Positions 1-10,167 of a stretch of DNA of 64,000 bases are shown here, one piece after another; the stretch's first letter is position 1, and each line of letters opens with the position of its first letter. The notes under the pieces are model-generated. The model was not told the origin of the DNA, ran no database searches, and was given only the letters and a program-made list of their open reading frames with translations. The DNA comes from Candidatus Latescibacterota bacterium. Its GTDB lineage: Bacteria > Latescibacterota > UBA2968. The DNA lies in the NCBI GenBank assembly GCA_965208125.1, contig OZ242320.1, positions 4,256,001 through 4,320,000 of the forward strand. Direction: 5' to 3'. Both the position numbers and the translations under genes were made by a program.

Positions 1-2252
1 GCAGATTCCCGACCATAATTTACCAGACTACGCAAGGTCGCCCCCATCCAGTCATACAGATCAGCATTGACATAGGTGCCCCAAAACTTAGCGTTTTTAT
101 CAAACGCTTGCCCCAGACCAGACCAGATGCGCACGTCAGATTTGAACCTCGAATTTTGCACACCAAATTGATCCATAAGGAAATTTTCAAATCCGACCTC
201 AGATCCAAATTTCGCCCGATAATCTCCAGATGATGGATTGTAAAAACCTGGATCACATGTTTTCGAATGCACGTCCAGACCCAACGCCCTGTGATCTTCC
301 GGAGGCTCATAAACCGCAAACAGATTTTCATCCACCAAATTATCTTCTCCCCGGCAACCCGCCATTCCCATTCCGCGCGGTGAATAAGCTTCTCGACGAA
401 CAAGAATATTTCGCCGAACCACATCGCCGCTATTGGGATACCAAACGTGTGGGCTGAATAAGGTAGAAATATTGTTCTCTACAGTTCGAAAAAAGCCTTC
501 ACGCAACTTGATACCACCTTGCAAGCACAAATTGCCATAAATGTGATAATGCCCAGACCCATCGTCTAAATCAATATCGTATCCATGCGCACATTGAATC
601 CGATTGTGGCGCAAAACAATTGGATCGACACAATCCAGCTTCGCCATCGTGCGCATGCGGGCGAATTCTTCAGGTGTTGCCTCGCCCTTTAGCTTCATCC
701 AGTACCGATCCCGTCCCCACGAATTATAAGCTCCGTGTTCTCGCGTGGCCATTGACGTATCAAAAATATCGTTCCATTCAATCACATGTCCACCCCAACA
801 TCCATCGTTCACATTGATCGCAGCACGCGGCACATCGTAAATACTATTATGACTGACTGTAATCTCTTTGGCCTTAGAAATGAACACACCTGCAATCTGT
901 TTCTCTACACTGCCCAACTGCGTCATCAAATTGTCGTGAATCACACACCGGGCCGGATAATTATTGTTCTGAGGCCCTGCTTCTAAATCGACCAACTCAT
1001 GTCCTTCATCCAGCATTTCAGACGGCAACTTTGCCATACTCTCATTCTCAAATGGCTTGCCATTTACCATCGGTGTTTCACCCCGCATACCTTCAGGCCA
1101 CCCCCACCAATGTGCCCATCGCGACCTCACGGCAGAATTATTTCCCTCAAGTAAAACAGCACTCGCACCCGTCTTTACAAACCGACACCCGCTCACAGTG
1201 ACGTCCCGACTATAATCTTGAATAAAAACCCCATTCCCACCTATGCGCTCAAACGAGCAATTTTGAACGGTGCATAATTCAGCGCCTTCAAAAACAATAA
1301 CGCCTCCCCGATACACCTTCCAATCGCCACCACTTGGTATGACATCCGTTTCCATAAACGTGTAAGACGTATGGGTCAGTGTCAGCCCATCCAGAGTGAT
1401 ATAACAAACGGGGTTGTCCTCCGACCCTCGAAACTCAAACAAATGCCTCAGCACCACGACTTCCACTGTGGCATCGTCAAGAGTCTGTCCTTCTTCAGGC
1501 TTGAAATACAGTGTATGAGTTTCTCGATCTAAAAACCATTCTTTAGGCGCGTCCAATTCTTCAAACACGTTTTCAATAAACATCCGCCCTTCAGCCAACA
1601 CATCATACGGATTGGTTCTTCGCCCACTGTTTTGCCACCCACCTTCTACTTTCCGATCCTTCTCGTACTCAAAGGTGTAAACCCCATCTGGATCTTTTTC
1701 CAAAATACGAAAGTGCAATGTACCCCACCCCATCGACATCATCCCGTGTACAAAAGCACCCACCGGATTGGCATATCCTTTTAAGCGCGCCGAATCAATG
1801 GCATCTTGAGAGGTCTCTGGCGAAACCCATCGAATGCTGCCATCAAAAAACCCATCTCGCGGATCAGCATTTGGATAGCGACAGCGAACCATCTTTTCAC
1901 CATTGATAAAAAGCTGATCAAAATCCAAGCCCTCAGGCACCTTAGCCTTCACCAGCCCATCTCCGGCGTCTTCCCAAATCAAGTCCACGGACTCTGCCCC
2001 ACTAACAACAACCTCTTCGTCCTCATAAGCCCGATAAACAATGGGCGCATCTTTCGTCCCAGAATCTTCTGCACCAAAAATGAGCGTCTCGTTCAAATAG
2101 TAAGTTCCCTGTCTCAAACACACTGTTATCGGCCCGTTTTGTTTGCATGCACGAACAACCTCTTGCGCCCGTTTTAGCGTAGCAAGAGGTTGTTCTTCGG
2201 TGCCAGAATTTCTATCATCGCCTTTAGATGAAACAAAAAGCGTCTGCCCCAT
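1..2252 (-). CDS. Right-handed beta-helix glycan-active protein (GH141-like/PDZ-associated family), 3' end outside window
   Basis: Not in the ORF track (runs off the edge). Read by hand from ATG 2252 (RBS AAGGAG): MGQTLFVSSKGDDRNSGTEEQPLATLKRAQ...YDIDLDDGSGHYHIYGNLCLQGGIKLREGFFRTVENN...DWMGATLRS; start and window-edge segments are in the same frame. Confidence 0.75.
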   Translation of the reverse strand, partial: MGQTLFVSSKGDDRNSGTEEQPLATLKRAQEVVRACKQNGPITVCLRQGTYYLNETLIFGAEDSGTKDAPIVYRAYEDEEVVVSGAESVDLIWEDAGDGLVKAKVPEGLDFDQLFINGEKMVRCRYPNADPRDGFFDGSIRWVSPETSQDAIDSARLKGYANPVGAFVHGMMSMGWGTLHFRILEKDPDGVYTFEYEKDRKVEGGWQNSGRRTNPYDVLAEGRMFIENVFEELDAPKEWFLDRETHTLYFKPEEGQTLDDATVEVVVLRHLFEFRGSEDNPVCYITLDGLTLTHTSYTFMETDVIPSGGDWKVYRGGVIVFEGAELCTVQNCSFERIGGNGVFIQDYSRDVTVSGCRFVKTGASAVLLEGNNSAVRSRWAHWWGWPEGMRGETPMVNGKPFENESMAKLPSEMLDEGHELVDLEAGPQNNNYPARCVIHDNLMTQLGSVEKQIAGVFISKAKEITVSHNSIYDVPRAAINVNDGCWGGHVIEWNDIFDTSMATREHGAYNSWGRDRYWMKLKGEATPEEFARMRTMAKLDCVDPIVLRHNRIQCAHGYDIDLDDGSGHYHIYGNLCLQGGIKLREGFFRTVENNISTLFSPHVWYPNSGDVVRRNILVRREAYSPRGMGMAGCRGEDNLVDENLFAVYEPPEDHRALGLDVHSKTCDPGFYNPSSGDYRAKFGSEVGFENFLMDQFGVQNSRFKSDVRIWSGLGQAFDKNAKFWGTYVNADLYDWMGATLRSLVNYGRES

Positions 2253-2349
2253 AAAATCACTCCTTATCATATTCCTTATCTTTTTTTTCAAGCGTTCTGT
2301 ACTGCATAAAAATTGTCAGAGTAACAAAAAGACTAATTGAAATCCAAGA

Positions 2350-3192
2350 TCATTCCTTGAGTGCGGCAGCATCCTCAGCGATCCACTCTTCCCATCTCTC
2401 TTCGTCGGGTTGCATAAATCCACTGTTGGCTCGCCGAAATACATTTGCATCTTCGCCCAGGAGGCGCAGTAGGCGACGATTGCCAGTCGCTCGTGCTCGC
2501 GCTTTGACTGCTTGAGAAATTGGGCCTGAATAATTGGCTCTGTGTTTAAGCCAGGAGTGATTCATCGTTAAAAAGAAAAGATACCGATAGTTCTTTGAAT
2601 AATTGGCTGTTCCCGAGTGTACAATCGCATTGTGGAATACGGCTATATCTCCAGATTTGGGATAAAGGATCACTTCGTCGGGATGGGGTTGTTTTCTTTC
2701 TTCTTGTGTTAAAGTCAGGGCTTTCATGTGAGAACCTGGAATAATTCGCAGGGGGCCAATTTCATCATCGAGATCCTGTAAATAGCTCAGGGCATTGAAG
2801 AGTAAGGGTCTATGGTAGATGCCTTCTTGAGGAAATTCGGCAAACATGTCCCGGTGAAAACCCAGTACCGGGTTTGTGTTTGGGTCCTGTGGTGCCGTGC
2901 GCCGGTATGTGATGGATTCAAGCTGGACATGAGGGCCGACGATCATTTCAGTAAAGTCCAGGAGGCGCTTATTTGACAGGGCAGAGAGAATGAGATCGGG
3001 TTTGTGTTCTAACACATCGACAAAGACCTGGGGTCGGCTGCCATCGGGATTGGGGAGGCGATCACCGATTTCTTCAAATGAATCTCGCATGGCTTTGACC
3101 CAGACATCGTCCAGCATTTTTGGGAAAAGTGTAAATCCAACTGTTTTGAATTCTTCCAGGTGTTCTTCGAGGGATTTGGGATCTTTTTGCAT
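2350..3192 (-). CDS. Phytanoyl-CoA dioxygenase (PhyH) family Fe/2OG dioxygenase
   Basis: FHRD iron motif, IPGSH, distal VHSG, RBS GGAGG. Confidence 0.88.
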   Translation of the reverse strand: MQKDPKSLEEHLEEFKTVGFTLFPKMLDDVWVKAMRDSFEEIGDRLPNPDGSRPQVFVDVLEHKPDLILSALSNKRLLDFTEMIVGPHVQLESITYRRTAPQDPNTNPVLGFHRDMFAEFPQEGIYHRPLLFNALSYLQDLDDEIGPLRIIPGSHMKALTLTQEERKQPHPDEVILYPKSGDIAVFHNAIVHSGTANYSKNYRYLFFLTMNHSWLKHRANYSGPISQAVKARARATGNRRLLRLLGEDANVFRRANSGFMQPDEERWEEWIAEDAAALKE

Positions 3193-3235
3193 TTCAGCCT
3201 CCTGGTGTTTCAGTTTTCTTCATTTTTGGCAGAAA

Positions 3236-4582
3236 TCAGGATTGGAAAATTGTCCCGGGCCACGGGTAAGCGTTGGATCCAGCATCATCATCGATGGGGC
3301 CTTCCGGCAGTGTGGCTTGCCAATCCATGACCTGCTCTGACATCTGCTTGACCAGGATCTCTTCAAATTTGGTGTGATTGACGAGCTCCATCGGATCTGC
3401 AGGAATGTTGTACAGCTCGACACGACTTCTGTCCGGGTTGAGAAGCAGCTTCCAGTCACCCTCGCGGATTGAAAGGATCGGGCTTTTGTGAAGGCAATGG
3501 CCGTGAACCCGAAATCGCCACTCCCACATCAACGGCGTCGTGCGATCTACCGAGTTACCTCGAAAGGCGGCCGTCATATCCTCACCCTGCAGACCAATGT
3601 TGTCGGGAATGGCTACGCCAGCGATGGAACAAAAAGTAGGCAACAGGTCTATGGCACATAAGGGCGTCGTGTTGTCAACTTTGCCTTTTGGTCCGCCACT
3701 GCCTGGCCATCGAAGAATGAAAGGGGTTCGCACACCGCCTTCGTAGAGGCTTCTTTTTCGACCTCGAAAGGGACCAGAGGAACCGACGCCACTGTGTGAC
3801 GCATTTCGAAAGTGGATATCCTCAGGGCCGTTGTCAGCTGAGAAGATGACAATCGTGTTGTCGGAAAGGCCCAGTTGATCCAGCCGATCCATGAGCCGTC
3901 CAATGTGGTAATCTGCGTTGGTAACGACAGAATAGTAGATGCGTAGTGCACCTTTGTGTTTGTCTTCCAGGCCTTGAGCGGTAAGATTCATATAGGGTTC
4001 CATCTGCTCCTCTGTAGGATCCAGAGTGGCGTGGGTGTCAAGCAACCACGCTTGAACAAAGAAAGGCTCATCCCGATGTCTTTCGATGAAGGATATGGTT
4101 TCATCTATAATTACCTCTGTAGATTGAGATCTGCCTTCGGGAATCTCAATGGCGGGTCCGACCGCATTGAATGTTTTGGATTCGTCAATCCCATAAGCTG
4201 TGGTATTGGGTGCTTCTTCGCCACTTCCCAGGTGCCACTTGCCAAAGTGGCCAACAGCATAGCCACTTTGTTGCAGGAGACCCGTGATGGTCGTTGCATC
4301 GGGATCCAACCAGTCTGGCATGCCGCGTAGGGCGTTCTGCTCGTGACGGGCAAAATGGCCATGTATGCCCCAGTGGGCAGGAAAACGACCCGTCATGACC
4401 GCTGCCCGGCTGGGTGAGCACACACCCGAGCAAACATAGAATTGTGAGAAGAGAATGCCCTGCGAAGCGAGCCGATCCAGATTTGGCGTTTTTACAAACT
4501 GGTGGCCGTAGCAACTCAAGTCACCCCACCCCCAATCGTCGGCGAAGACAAATACGATATTGGGTCTTTTCGATTCAGCCAT
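3236..4582 (-). CDS. S1 sulfatase (N-acetylgalactosamine-6-sulfatase-like)
   Basis: RPNIVFVFADD, CSPSR, GKWHLG, DNG, YEGGVR. Confidence 0.93.
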   Translation of the reverse strand: MAESKRPNIVFVFADDWGWGDLSCYGHQFVKTPNLDRLASQGILFSQFYVCSGVCSPSRAAVMTGRFPAHWGIHGHFARHEQNALRGMPDWLDPDATTITGLLQQSGYAVGHFGKWHLGSGEEAPNTTAYGIDESKTFNAVGPAIEIPEGRSQSTEVIIDETISFIERHRDEPFFVQAWLLDTHATLDPTEEQMEPYMNLTAQGLEDKHKGALRIYYSVVTNADYHIGRLMDRLDQLGLSDNTIVIFSADNGPEDIHFRNASHSGVGSSGPFRGRKRSLYEGGVRTPFILRWPGSGGPKGKVDNTTPLCAIDLLPTFCSIAGVAIPDNIGLQGEDMTAAFRGNSVDRTTPLMWEWRFRVHGHCLHKSPILSIREGDWKLLLNPDRSRVELYNIPADPMELVNHTKFEEILVKQMSEQVMDWQATLPEGPIDDDAGSNAYPWPGTIFQS

Positions 4583-4604
4583 TGCGGTTCTCCTTAATAT
4601 CGAT

Positions 4605-5753
4605 TCACGAATTCAGTGCATTGCAGATGACGGCAGGTGGCGCAACTGTTACCGTTTCGCTCAAGGCAAACGGTGCATCCACTGGTGCCGCCACCCAGGA
4701 CTGATCCGGTTGGACATCGTCCAGCGCCGACCAGAAGCCGCGCTCGAGGCGGGGCGACGACGATGCTTTGATCTCCACCGCGACGAGCTTATTTCTCCGT
4801 CGGATCAGCAGGTCGATCTCAGCGCCAGCCGAGGTCCGGTAGAAGCTCAGTTCGGCGTCGGGCACCGCCGCGGCGATTTGCTCGATGACGTATCCTTCCC
4901 AGGAGTTGCCGCGAACCGGATGGCCATCCAGGTCGTCGAAAGAATCCAAACGCAGCAACCGGTGAAGGATGCCGGTATCTCTGAGATAAACACGGGGGCT
5001 CTTCACAAGGCGCTTCTTGACGTTGGCCGCGCAGGGCGAAAGCCGCCTTACCATGTAGGCCTGCTCAAGGATGCGGAGGTAATGTCCAACCGTCTTGCCC
5101 GTTACGCCCAGGGAAGAAGCCACTTTGGCGTGGTTCCACAGATCCCCGTGCAGGTGAGCGCACATCTCCCAGAATTGTCGTAGCGTTATCGCGGGTACGC
5201 GGATACCCAGTTGAGGAATGTCGCGTTCGAGAAACGTCTGGATGAAACTGTCCAGCCACGCCCGGCTCATTCCGTCTGATGGGGCCAGATAGCTTCGCGG
5301 GAATCCGCCTCGCAGCCAGAGCCTTGACTGATTCTCCACCCCGATCTCTTCTTCGACAAAGGGCGCCAGTTCGATGAAACCGATGCGACCGGCGAGCGTC
5401 TCAGACGACTGTTGGAGCAGATCTGGAGAAGCCGATCCCAGCACCATAAACTGTCCCGGAGAACCGGTCTCATCGCAGAGCCCGCGAAGTACGCGGAACA
5501 ATTCGGGGACGCGCTGGATCTCGTCGAGGCAGACGATGTGATCCCGATGGCGGCGGAGGTAATCTTCAGGCTCGGCCAGACGTGCGACGTCGGAGGGGAG
5601 CTCAAGGTCGAGATAGTGTGACGCCGGCTGTTCAGCAAGCCACGTCTTGGCCAGGGTGGTCTTTCCACACTGGCGAGGCCCCAGAATTGCCGTGACAGGG
5701 AAGTACCTCGCGTATTCAGAGACCTTTGTCTGAATTTTTCTGTTGATGTTCAT
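4605..5753 (-). CDS. AAA+ ATPase with DUF4143 and C-terminal PD-(D/E)xK-like domain
   Basis: Walker A GPRQCGKTT, Walker B LDEIQ, KSPRVYLRDTG, EIDLL...AVEIK. Confidence 0.9.
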   Translation of the reverse strand: MNINRKIQTKVSEYARYFPVTAILGPRQCGKTTLAKTWLAEQPASHYLDLELPSDVARLAEPEDYLRRHRDHIVCLDEIQRVPELFRVLRGLCDETGSPGQFMVLGSASPDLLQQSSETLAGRIGFIELAPFVEEEIGVENQSRLWLRGGFPRSYLAPSDGMSRAWLDSFIQTFLERDIPQLGIRVPAITLRQFWEMCAHLHGDLWNHAKVASSLGVTGKTVGHYLRILEQAYMVRRLSPCAANVKKRLVKSPRVYLRDTGILHRLLRLDSFDDLDGHPVRGNSWEGYVIEQIAAAVPDAELSFYRTSAGAEIDLLIRRRNKLVAVEIKASSSPRLERGFWSALDDVQPDQSWVAAPVDAPFALSETVTVAPPAVICNALNS

Positions 5754-5754
5754 T

Positions 5755-5789
5755 CTTGTAATATGGGAGTCTGACTCCCGATTTGCAAG
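5755..5789. promoter_or_regulatory. 35-bp imperfect palindrome directly upstream of the AAA/DUF4143 start (putative operator)
   Basis: CTTGTAATATGGGAGTC-T-GACTCCCGATTTGCAAG; core GGGAGTC/GACTCCC is a perfect inverted pair. Confidence 0.55.
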
Positions 5790-5823
5790 GATAAAACACA
5801 GTAGGCGGTAAGCCTTTACGCCA

Positions 5824-7164
5824 CTACGATGCCAGGGCTTTCAGGTAGGTGGTGCCTTGCGTGTCGGCGTGTGCCTGGACCCAATCAGATAGTCGGTCTC
5901 GGTGATCCGTCAGGATCTGAATGAATTCAGGATCATTGGCGAGGTTCTTTGTTTCAGTAGGATCCGAAACCATATCGACAAGCATTTCTTCCGACGTACC
6001 ATTGTAGTGGAAAATGGAGTACTTGTACCTGGCAGACCTTACCATTCTACCGCCAACAGTTTCGGCAACGACGAATTCCCGCCAATCGGGTTGCTCGCCC
6101 AGAGCAAGGGGTTTCAAGCTTCTACCGGGTAGTGAATCTGGAATTTCTCCTTCGGCAAAGTCGCATAACGTCGGAAGCAGATCGATCCCATTATTGACCA
6201 AAGCATCGATCTGACCTGGAGAAACTCTTCCAGGCCAGCTGATTGTGAGCGGTACGTGTGACGACGCTTCGTAGAACGACCGCTTCATTGTCAATCCGTG
6301 TTCCCCATCATGATCGCCATGGTCACTTGTAAATATGACAACCGTACTCTCCCGCAGACCGGCGTCATCGAGCGCATCCAGTATCACACCCAACTGTTGG
6401 TCCAGGTCCTCCATATAAAAACGGTAAGCCGCACGGTAGATCCGCCACTCGTGTTCGGTCCAGTGGATTGCACGCTGACCGAATCTTCGGTTGAGGCCGA
6501 TTTCGATTGTCTCCTCGTCTCCCAGCGTCCCATCACGGAATCTCTGCATCCACTTTGGCTCATCCTGAGGGGGTGCGTGATTATCCGGCAAGGGAGGCAA
6601 GTTGTCTCCTGGATCCGAAGGATGTGTCGGCTTCCCATCCTCATCCAGAACTTTACATATATCGTGTGGATTAATGAACGATGCCCAGAGGAAGAACGGG
6701 CGATCGGAATCTCTGTTTTTGAGAAAATCAGCAGATCTCTCCGCAAGCTCATCCCTCTGATCGGTTGTGATCGACTTAAATCCGAATTCCTCTGCCTTTT
6801 CTTTCGTGAAAACCTGGGTGCCCTCTACGTGCAGCTTACCGCCGGCGTACGTATCATATCCACAATTTCGGAGGAGTGTCCCCATCAATGGCGTATCAAT
6901 ATGGTCCAAAATCCGCGGATGTTCCGAAGCCATCCCCTTGGAGTTATGCTCCAGGCCATCAAAAGTGTGCGGCATATGGCCTGAGACCAGGGCGTACCTG
7001 AATGGGACACAAACTGGATTGGAAACGTAGGTGAGTTCGAATCTCTTACCACCTGCAGCCAGTTTATCCAAATTGGGCGTACTGACATAAGGATCACCGG
7101 AATAACTCGCCATTCTGTGATGTTGTTGGTCCGTTGTTATGAGAATGATATGCGGTCGTTCCAT
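5824..7164 (-). CDS. S1 sulfatase (choline-sulfatase-like clade)
   Basis: Start reassigned to MERPHIILITTDQ (RBS AAGGAA); CVPFR, SDHGD, FYEAS. Confidence 0.9.
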   Translation of the reverse strand: MERPHIILITTDQQHHRMASYSGDPYVSTPNLDKLAAGGKRFELTYVSNPVCVPFRYALVSGHMPHTFDGLEHNSKGMASEHPRILDHIDTPLMGTLLRNCGYDTYAGGKLHVEGTQVFTKEKAEEFGFKSITTDQRDELAERSADFLKNRDSDRPFFLWASFINPHDICKVLDEDGKPTHPSDPGDNLPPLPDNHAPPQDEPKWMQRFRDGTLGDEETIEIGLNRRFGQRAIHWTEHEWRIYRAAYRFYMEDLDQQLGVILDALDDAGLRESTVVIFTSDHGDHDGEHGLTMKRSFYEASSHVPLTISWPGRVSPGQIDALVNNGIDLLPTLCDFAEGEIPDSLPGRSLKPLALGEQPDWREFVVAETVGGRMVRSARYKYSIFHYNGTSEEMLVDMVSDPTETKNLANDPEFIQILTDHRDRLSDWVQAHADTQGTTYLKALAS

Positions 7165-7204
7165 ATCTGTTCCTTTCGCGTTGCGGACGAATTGTAGCAA
7201 GATG

Positions 7205-8677
7205 TCAACGAGGGTCGCCAGCTTCAATTGTTCGTTCCAGCAGCCTGCTGCGCATGGCTTCTTCCCGATCTCGATAGTCCGGATTTCCTGCCAGATTCAC
7301 GAGTTCGCCCGGGTCGTTCTGCAAGTCGTAAAGTTCAGAACGATCATTCACATAATGTGCGTATTTCCACTTCTCGTTTCGAACCATGCGACCCCGAGAA
7401 AGGAAGAATGTTCCCGACTCAACCAGCGGCAATTCAGGTACGGGTTCAGTCCGACTTATGCCGGCTTTCAGCGCGTCCAATTCTGCTTCTGGTCCTCCCT
7501 CTGGCAAAGGCTGACGGCTGCCAACTTCTGCATAGGTACAGTCTCTTTCTGGAGCCATACCCGACATCATATCTGTCACACTTCTACCCTGAACACCCGG
7601 CGGGATCGAGATTCCGCTACTCTGGAGTAATGTAGGCATCAAGTCGATTTGCTCAATTTGCAGTGCGTTGGTTGCACCATCCCGTGCATGTTCCAAACCC
7701 CTTACGATCAATGGGACCTGGACAATGCAGTCGTAGAATGCAGCTGTTTTCCGAATGAGTCCGTGTTCGCCCAGGTACTCACCGTGGTCACCTGTGGCAA
7801 CAATGATGGTGTCGTCCCAACGACCAAGCGCTTTTAGTCCATCAAAGAATTTGCCCAGGCATTCATCCAGGTGCCTGAGCATGCCATAGTAATACGCCAT
7901 TGTCTGCCGCAGTTGCTCGTCATCCATGAGATGCAGCCACCCGCCGTGATAATAGACTTGCTGAACGAATGGTTTTGAGTCCAATTCACCCTCAGGTCTA
8001 TGTGGGAGAGGCATGTCCTCTGGTCTGTACATCGTGGCAAAAGGTTCGGGTGCCCGATAGGGCGGATGAACATCGGAAAAGCTCAACCACACAAACGAAG
8101 GCTCGTCACCCTTCCGTTCGAGATAATCGAGGGCATGATTCACATTGGCTCTTGCTGGAGATTCAGCAGGATCGAAAGGGTAGGTTCCGCCATACCAGAT
8201 TGGGTTTGGGTGATCTCCCCAACGGAAACGTCTTGTTTGTGATTCGAACACGGATGGGTCGATGGGTATTGCAGGCCCAGGAAATGGCTTCCCATAGGCT
8301 TCTCGCTGCTTTTGTCGAAGTGGCGACTCTTCAATACACGCTTCAAATCCTGCAGTTTCGGCATCTGGAAAGCAGTGGTTTTTCCCAAATAGGCCACAGC
8401 CGACACCAGCATCTTTCAATAGTCCTGGCAGATGAAACGCTTCCTTTTCTTGCATCAACAGCGTGTTGTCTCTGGAACCTGTAACGCTGGGATAACGACC
8501 CGTGAAAAATGCGACCCGTGATGCGACGCAGAGCGGAGAAGGTACGGTGCAGTTTTCAAACCTGATGGCTTCGCTGGCAAAGCGATCCAGATGAGGTGTC
8601 GCTCCGACGGGATTGCCATAGCATCCCAATGCGCGAGCGGCAAGATGCTCAATGGTGATTACGACAATGTTTTTCAT
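7205..8677 (-). CDS. S1 sulfatase, variant CxAxR motif
   Basis: MKNIVVITIEH, CVASR, GKNH, HPPY, GDHGE. Confidence 0.88.
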   Translation of the reverse strand: MKNIVVITIEHLAARALGCYGNPVGATPHLDRFASEAIRFENCTVPSPLCVASRVAFFTGRYPSVTGSRDNTLLMQEKEAFHLPGLLKDAGVGCGLFGKNHCFPDAETAGFEACIEESPLRQKQREAYGKPFPGPAIPIDPSVFESQTRRFRWGDHPNPIWYGGTYPFDPAESPARANVNHALDYLERKGDEPSFVWLSFSDVHPPYRAPEPFATMYRPEDMPLPHRPEGELDSKPFVQQVYYHGGWLHLMDDEQLRQTMAYYYGMLRHLDECLGKFFDGLKALGRWDDTIIVATGDHGEYLGEHGLIRKTAAFYDCIVQVPLIVRGLEHARDGATNALQIEQIDLMPTLLQSSGISIPPGVQGRSVTDMMSGMAPERDCTYAEVGSRQPLPEGGPEAELDALKAGISRTEPVPELPLVESGTFFLSRGRMVRNEKWKYAHYVNDRSELYDLQNDPGELVNLAGNPDYRDREEAMRSRLLERTIEAGDPR

Positions 8678-8680
8678 CTC

Positions 8681-10066
8681 TTAGCTCCCATCGACTTCCT
8701 CAGACCAGGCCGCGTACAGATCCTTCAGGCGCTCAACGACCTTGGGATGCTGATCAAGATCTTGACTCTCGGAGGGATCTTCCTTCAGGTTAAACAGGCA
8801 GGTATTCTGGAGAAGCTCTGTGCGTTCAACGATCCCATCGCAGGACGGCTCTTGACCTCTCCTGCCACCTTTATGCAATAGTTTCCAATCACCAGAGCGC
8901 ACGGCATAACTGTCGCCCCAGCGCCAGAAGAGGTCTCGCTTGTCTGCGATTTTTGTGACATCTTTTGGGATGGGTTGACCGTCCAATCCTTCGGGCAGTT
9001 CGATGCCTGCCGCCTGTAAACAGGTCGGAAGAATATCGAGCGTTGAGATCGTCCTGTCACAGATCGTTCCAGACGCCGACTCATTTGGACGGGCGAGGAT
9101 AAATGGCACGCGAATCCCGCCCTCCCAGAGCGTAAACTTGCTCCCGGCAAGCGGCAGGTTGCAGGCACCGGTGTTCGGTGCGCCTCCGTTGTCTGAAAAC
9201 ATGATCACGATGGTGTTGTCGGCAAGCGATAGCTGATCCAACGTGTCCAGAAGGCGACCGATATTGTTGTCGAGGCAGTTGAGGTTCGCCAGATAGTATC
9301 TGCGAAACTCGTCGGCATTGATCTCGCCGAGGGTGACATACCTTTTGAACCAGTCCTCATACCCGCCCATGGTCTCCGGATCGTAGTTTGGGATCTCCCT
9401 TACGCCGTGCTTGTCGAGGTATCGCTTTGGCACCTGGTGAATCAGGTGATGCACGGAGTTGTAAGAGAGTGTTACAAAGAAAGGTTCTTCCTGATGGCCT
9501 TCGAGAAAATCGATTGTCGCATCGGTGAAGATCTCCGTCAGATAACCTTCTCCAAATTCTTTGTAACCCTGGTTGTGCATAAGCGGTCCAACAACCGCGC
9601 TGTGCCCTTTTGGATCGGGCGTGCGATCTTCGATATCTCTGGTGAGCAGAAAATAGTCGTGGCCGTGTGCCGAAAAACCGAGAAACTCGTCATAGCCGTG
9701 GTTCAGCGGGTATTCGTGAGCTTCGTGATCGTGAAAGCCCAGGCCGTAGTCATTCTTGCCAAAGCGCGCTGTGGTATAGCCGTTAGCCTTCATGATTTCG
9801 GCGATGTTCTTTTCTGTTTCTGGATGTCCGCATAAAAAGGAGGATTTCGGATCCCAGCGCACCTGGTGCCGTCCCGTATTCCATCCAGCACGCGAAGGGC
9901 TGCATACGGGAGCTGTCACATAGGCCTGTGAAAAGAGAACGCCGCGCTCAGCGAGCCGGTCCATGTTTGGCGTTTGCACGTCCGGCGCATGATGATTGAA
10001 TGCGGTCAGATCGCCGTAGCCCTGATCGTCTGTAACAATGATGAGAAAATTTGGTTTTGTGCCCAT
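8681..10066 (-). CDS. S1 sulfatase
   Basis: KPNFLIIVTDDQG, CSPSR, SDNGG, WEGGIRVP. Confidence 0.92.
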   Translation of the reverse strand: MGTKPNFLIIVTDDQGYGDLTAFNHHAPDVQTPNMDRLAERGVLFSQAYVTAPVCSPSRAGWNTGRHQVRWDPKSSFLCGHPETEKNIAEIMKANGYTTARFGKNDYGLGFHDHEAHEYPLNHGYDEFLGFSAHGHDYFLLTRDIEDRTPDPKGHSAVVGPLMHNQGYKEFGEGYLTEIFTDATIDFLEGHQEEPFFVTLSYNSVHHLIHQVPKRYLDKHGVREIPNYDPETMGGYEDWFKRYVTLGEINADEFRRYYLANLNCLDNNIGRLLDTLDQLSLADNTIVIMFSDNGGAPNTGACNLPLAGSKFTLWEGGIRVPFILARPNESASGTICDRTISTLDILPTCLQAAGIELPEGLDGQPIPKDVTKIADKRDLFWRWGDSYAVRSGDWKLLHKGGRRGQEPSCDGIVERTELLQNTCLFNLKEDPSESQDLDQHPKVVERLKDLYAAWSEEVDGS

Positions 10067-10167
10067 AATGATCTACCCGGTAATCTTGAACCGGTTGTCG
10101 ATTTTCCCAGATAGCCGGTTTTTATTTCGTTTGAAACGCCTGGGTTTTTACCAGAATGTGGAAGAAC

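Noticed and set aside
20-2340. Short ORFs listed in the track
   Set aside because: They are shadows of the long minus-strand beta-helix gene starting at 2252 that runs off the window
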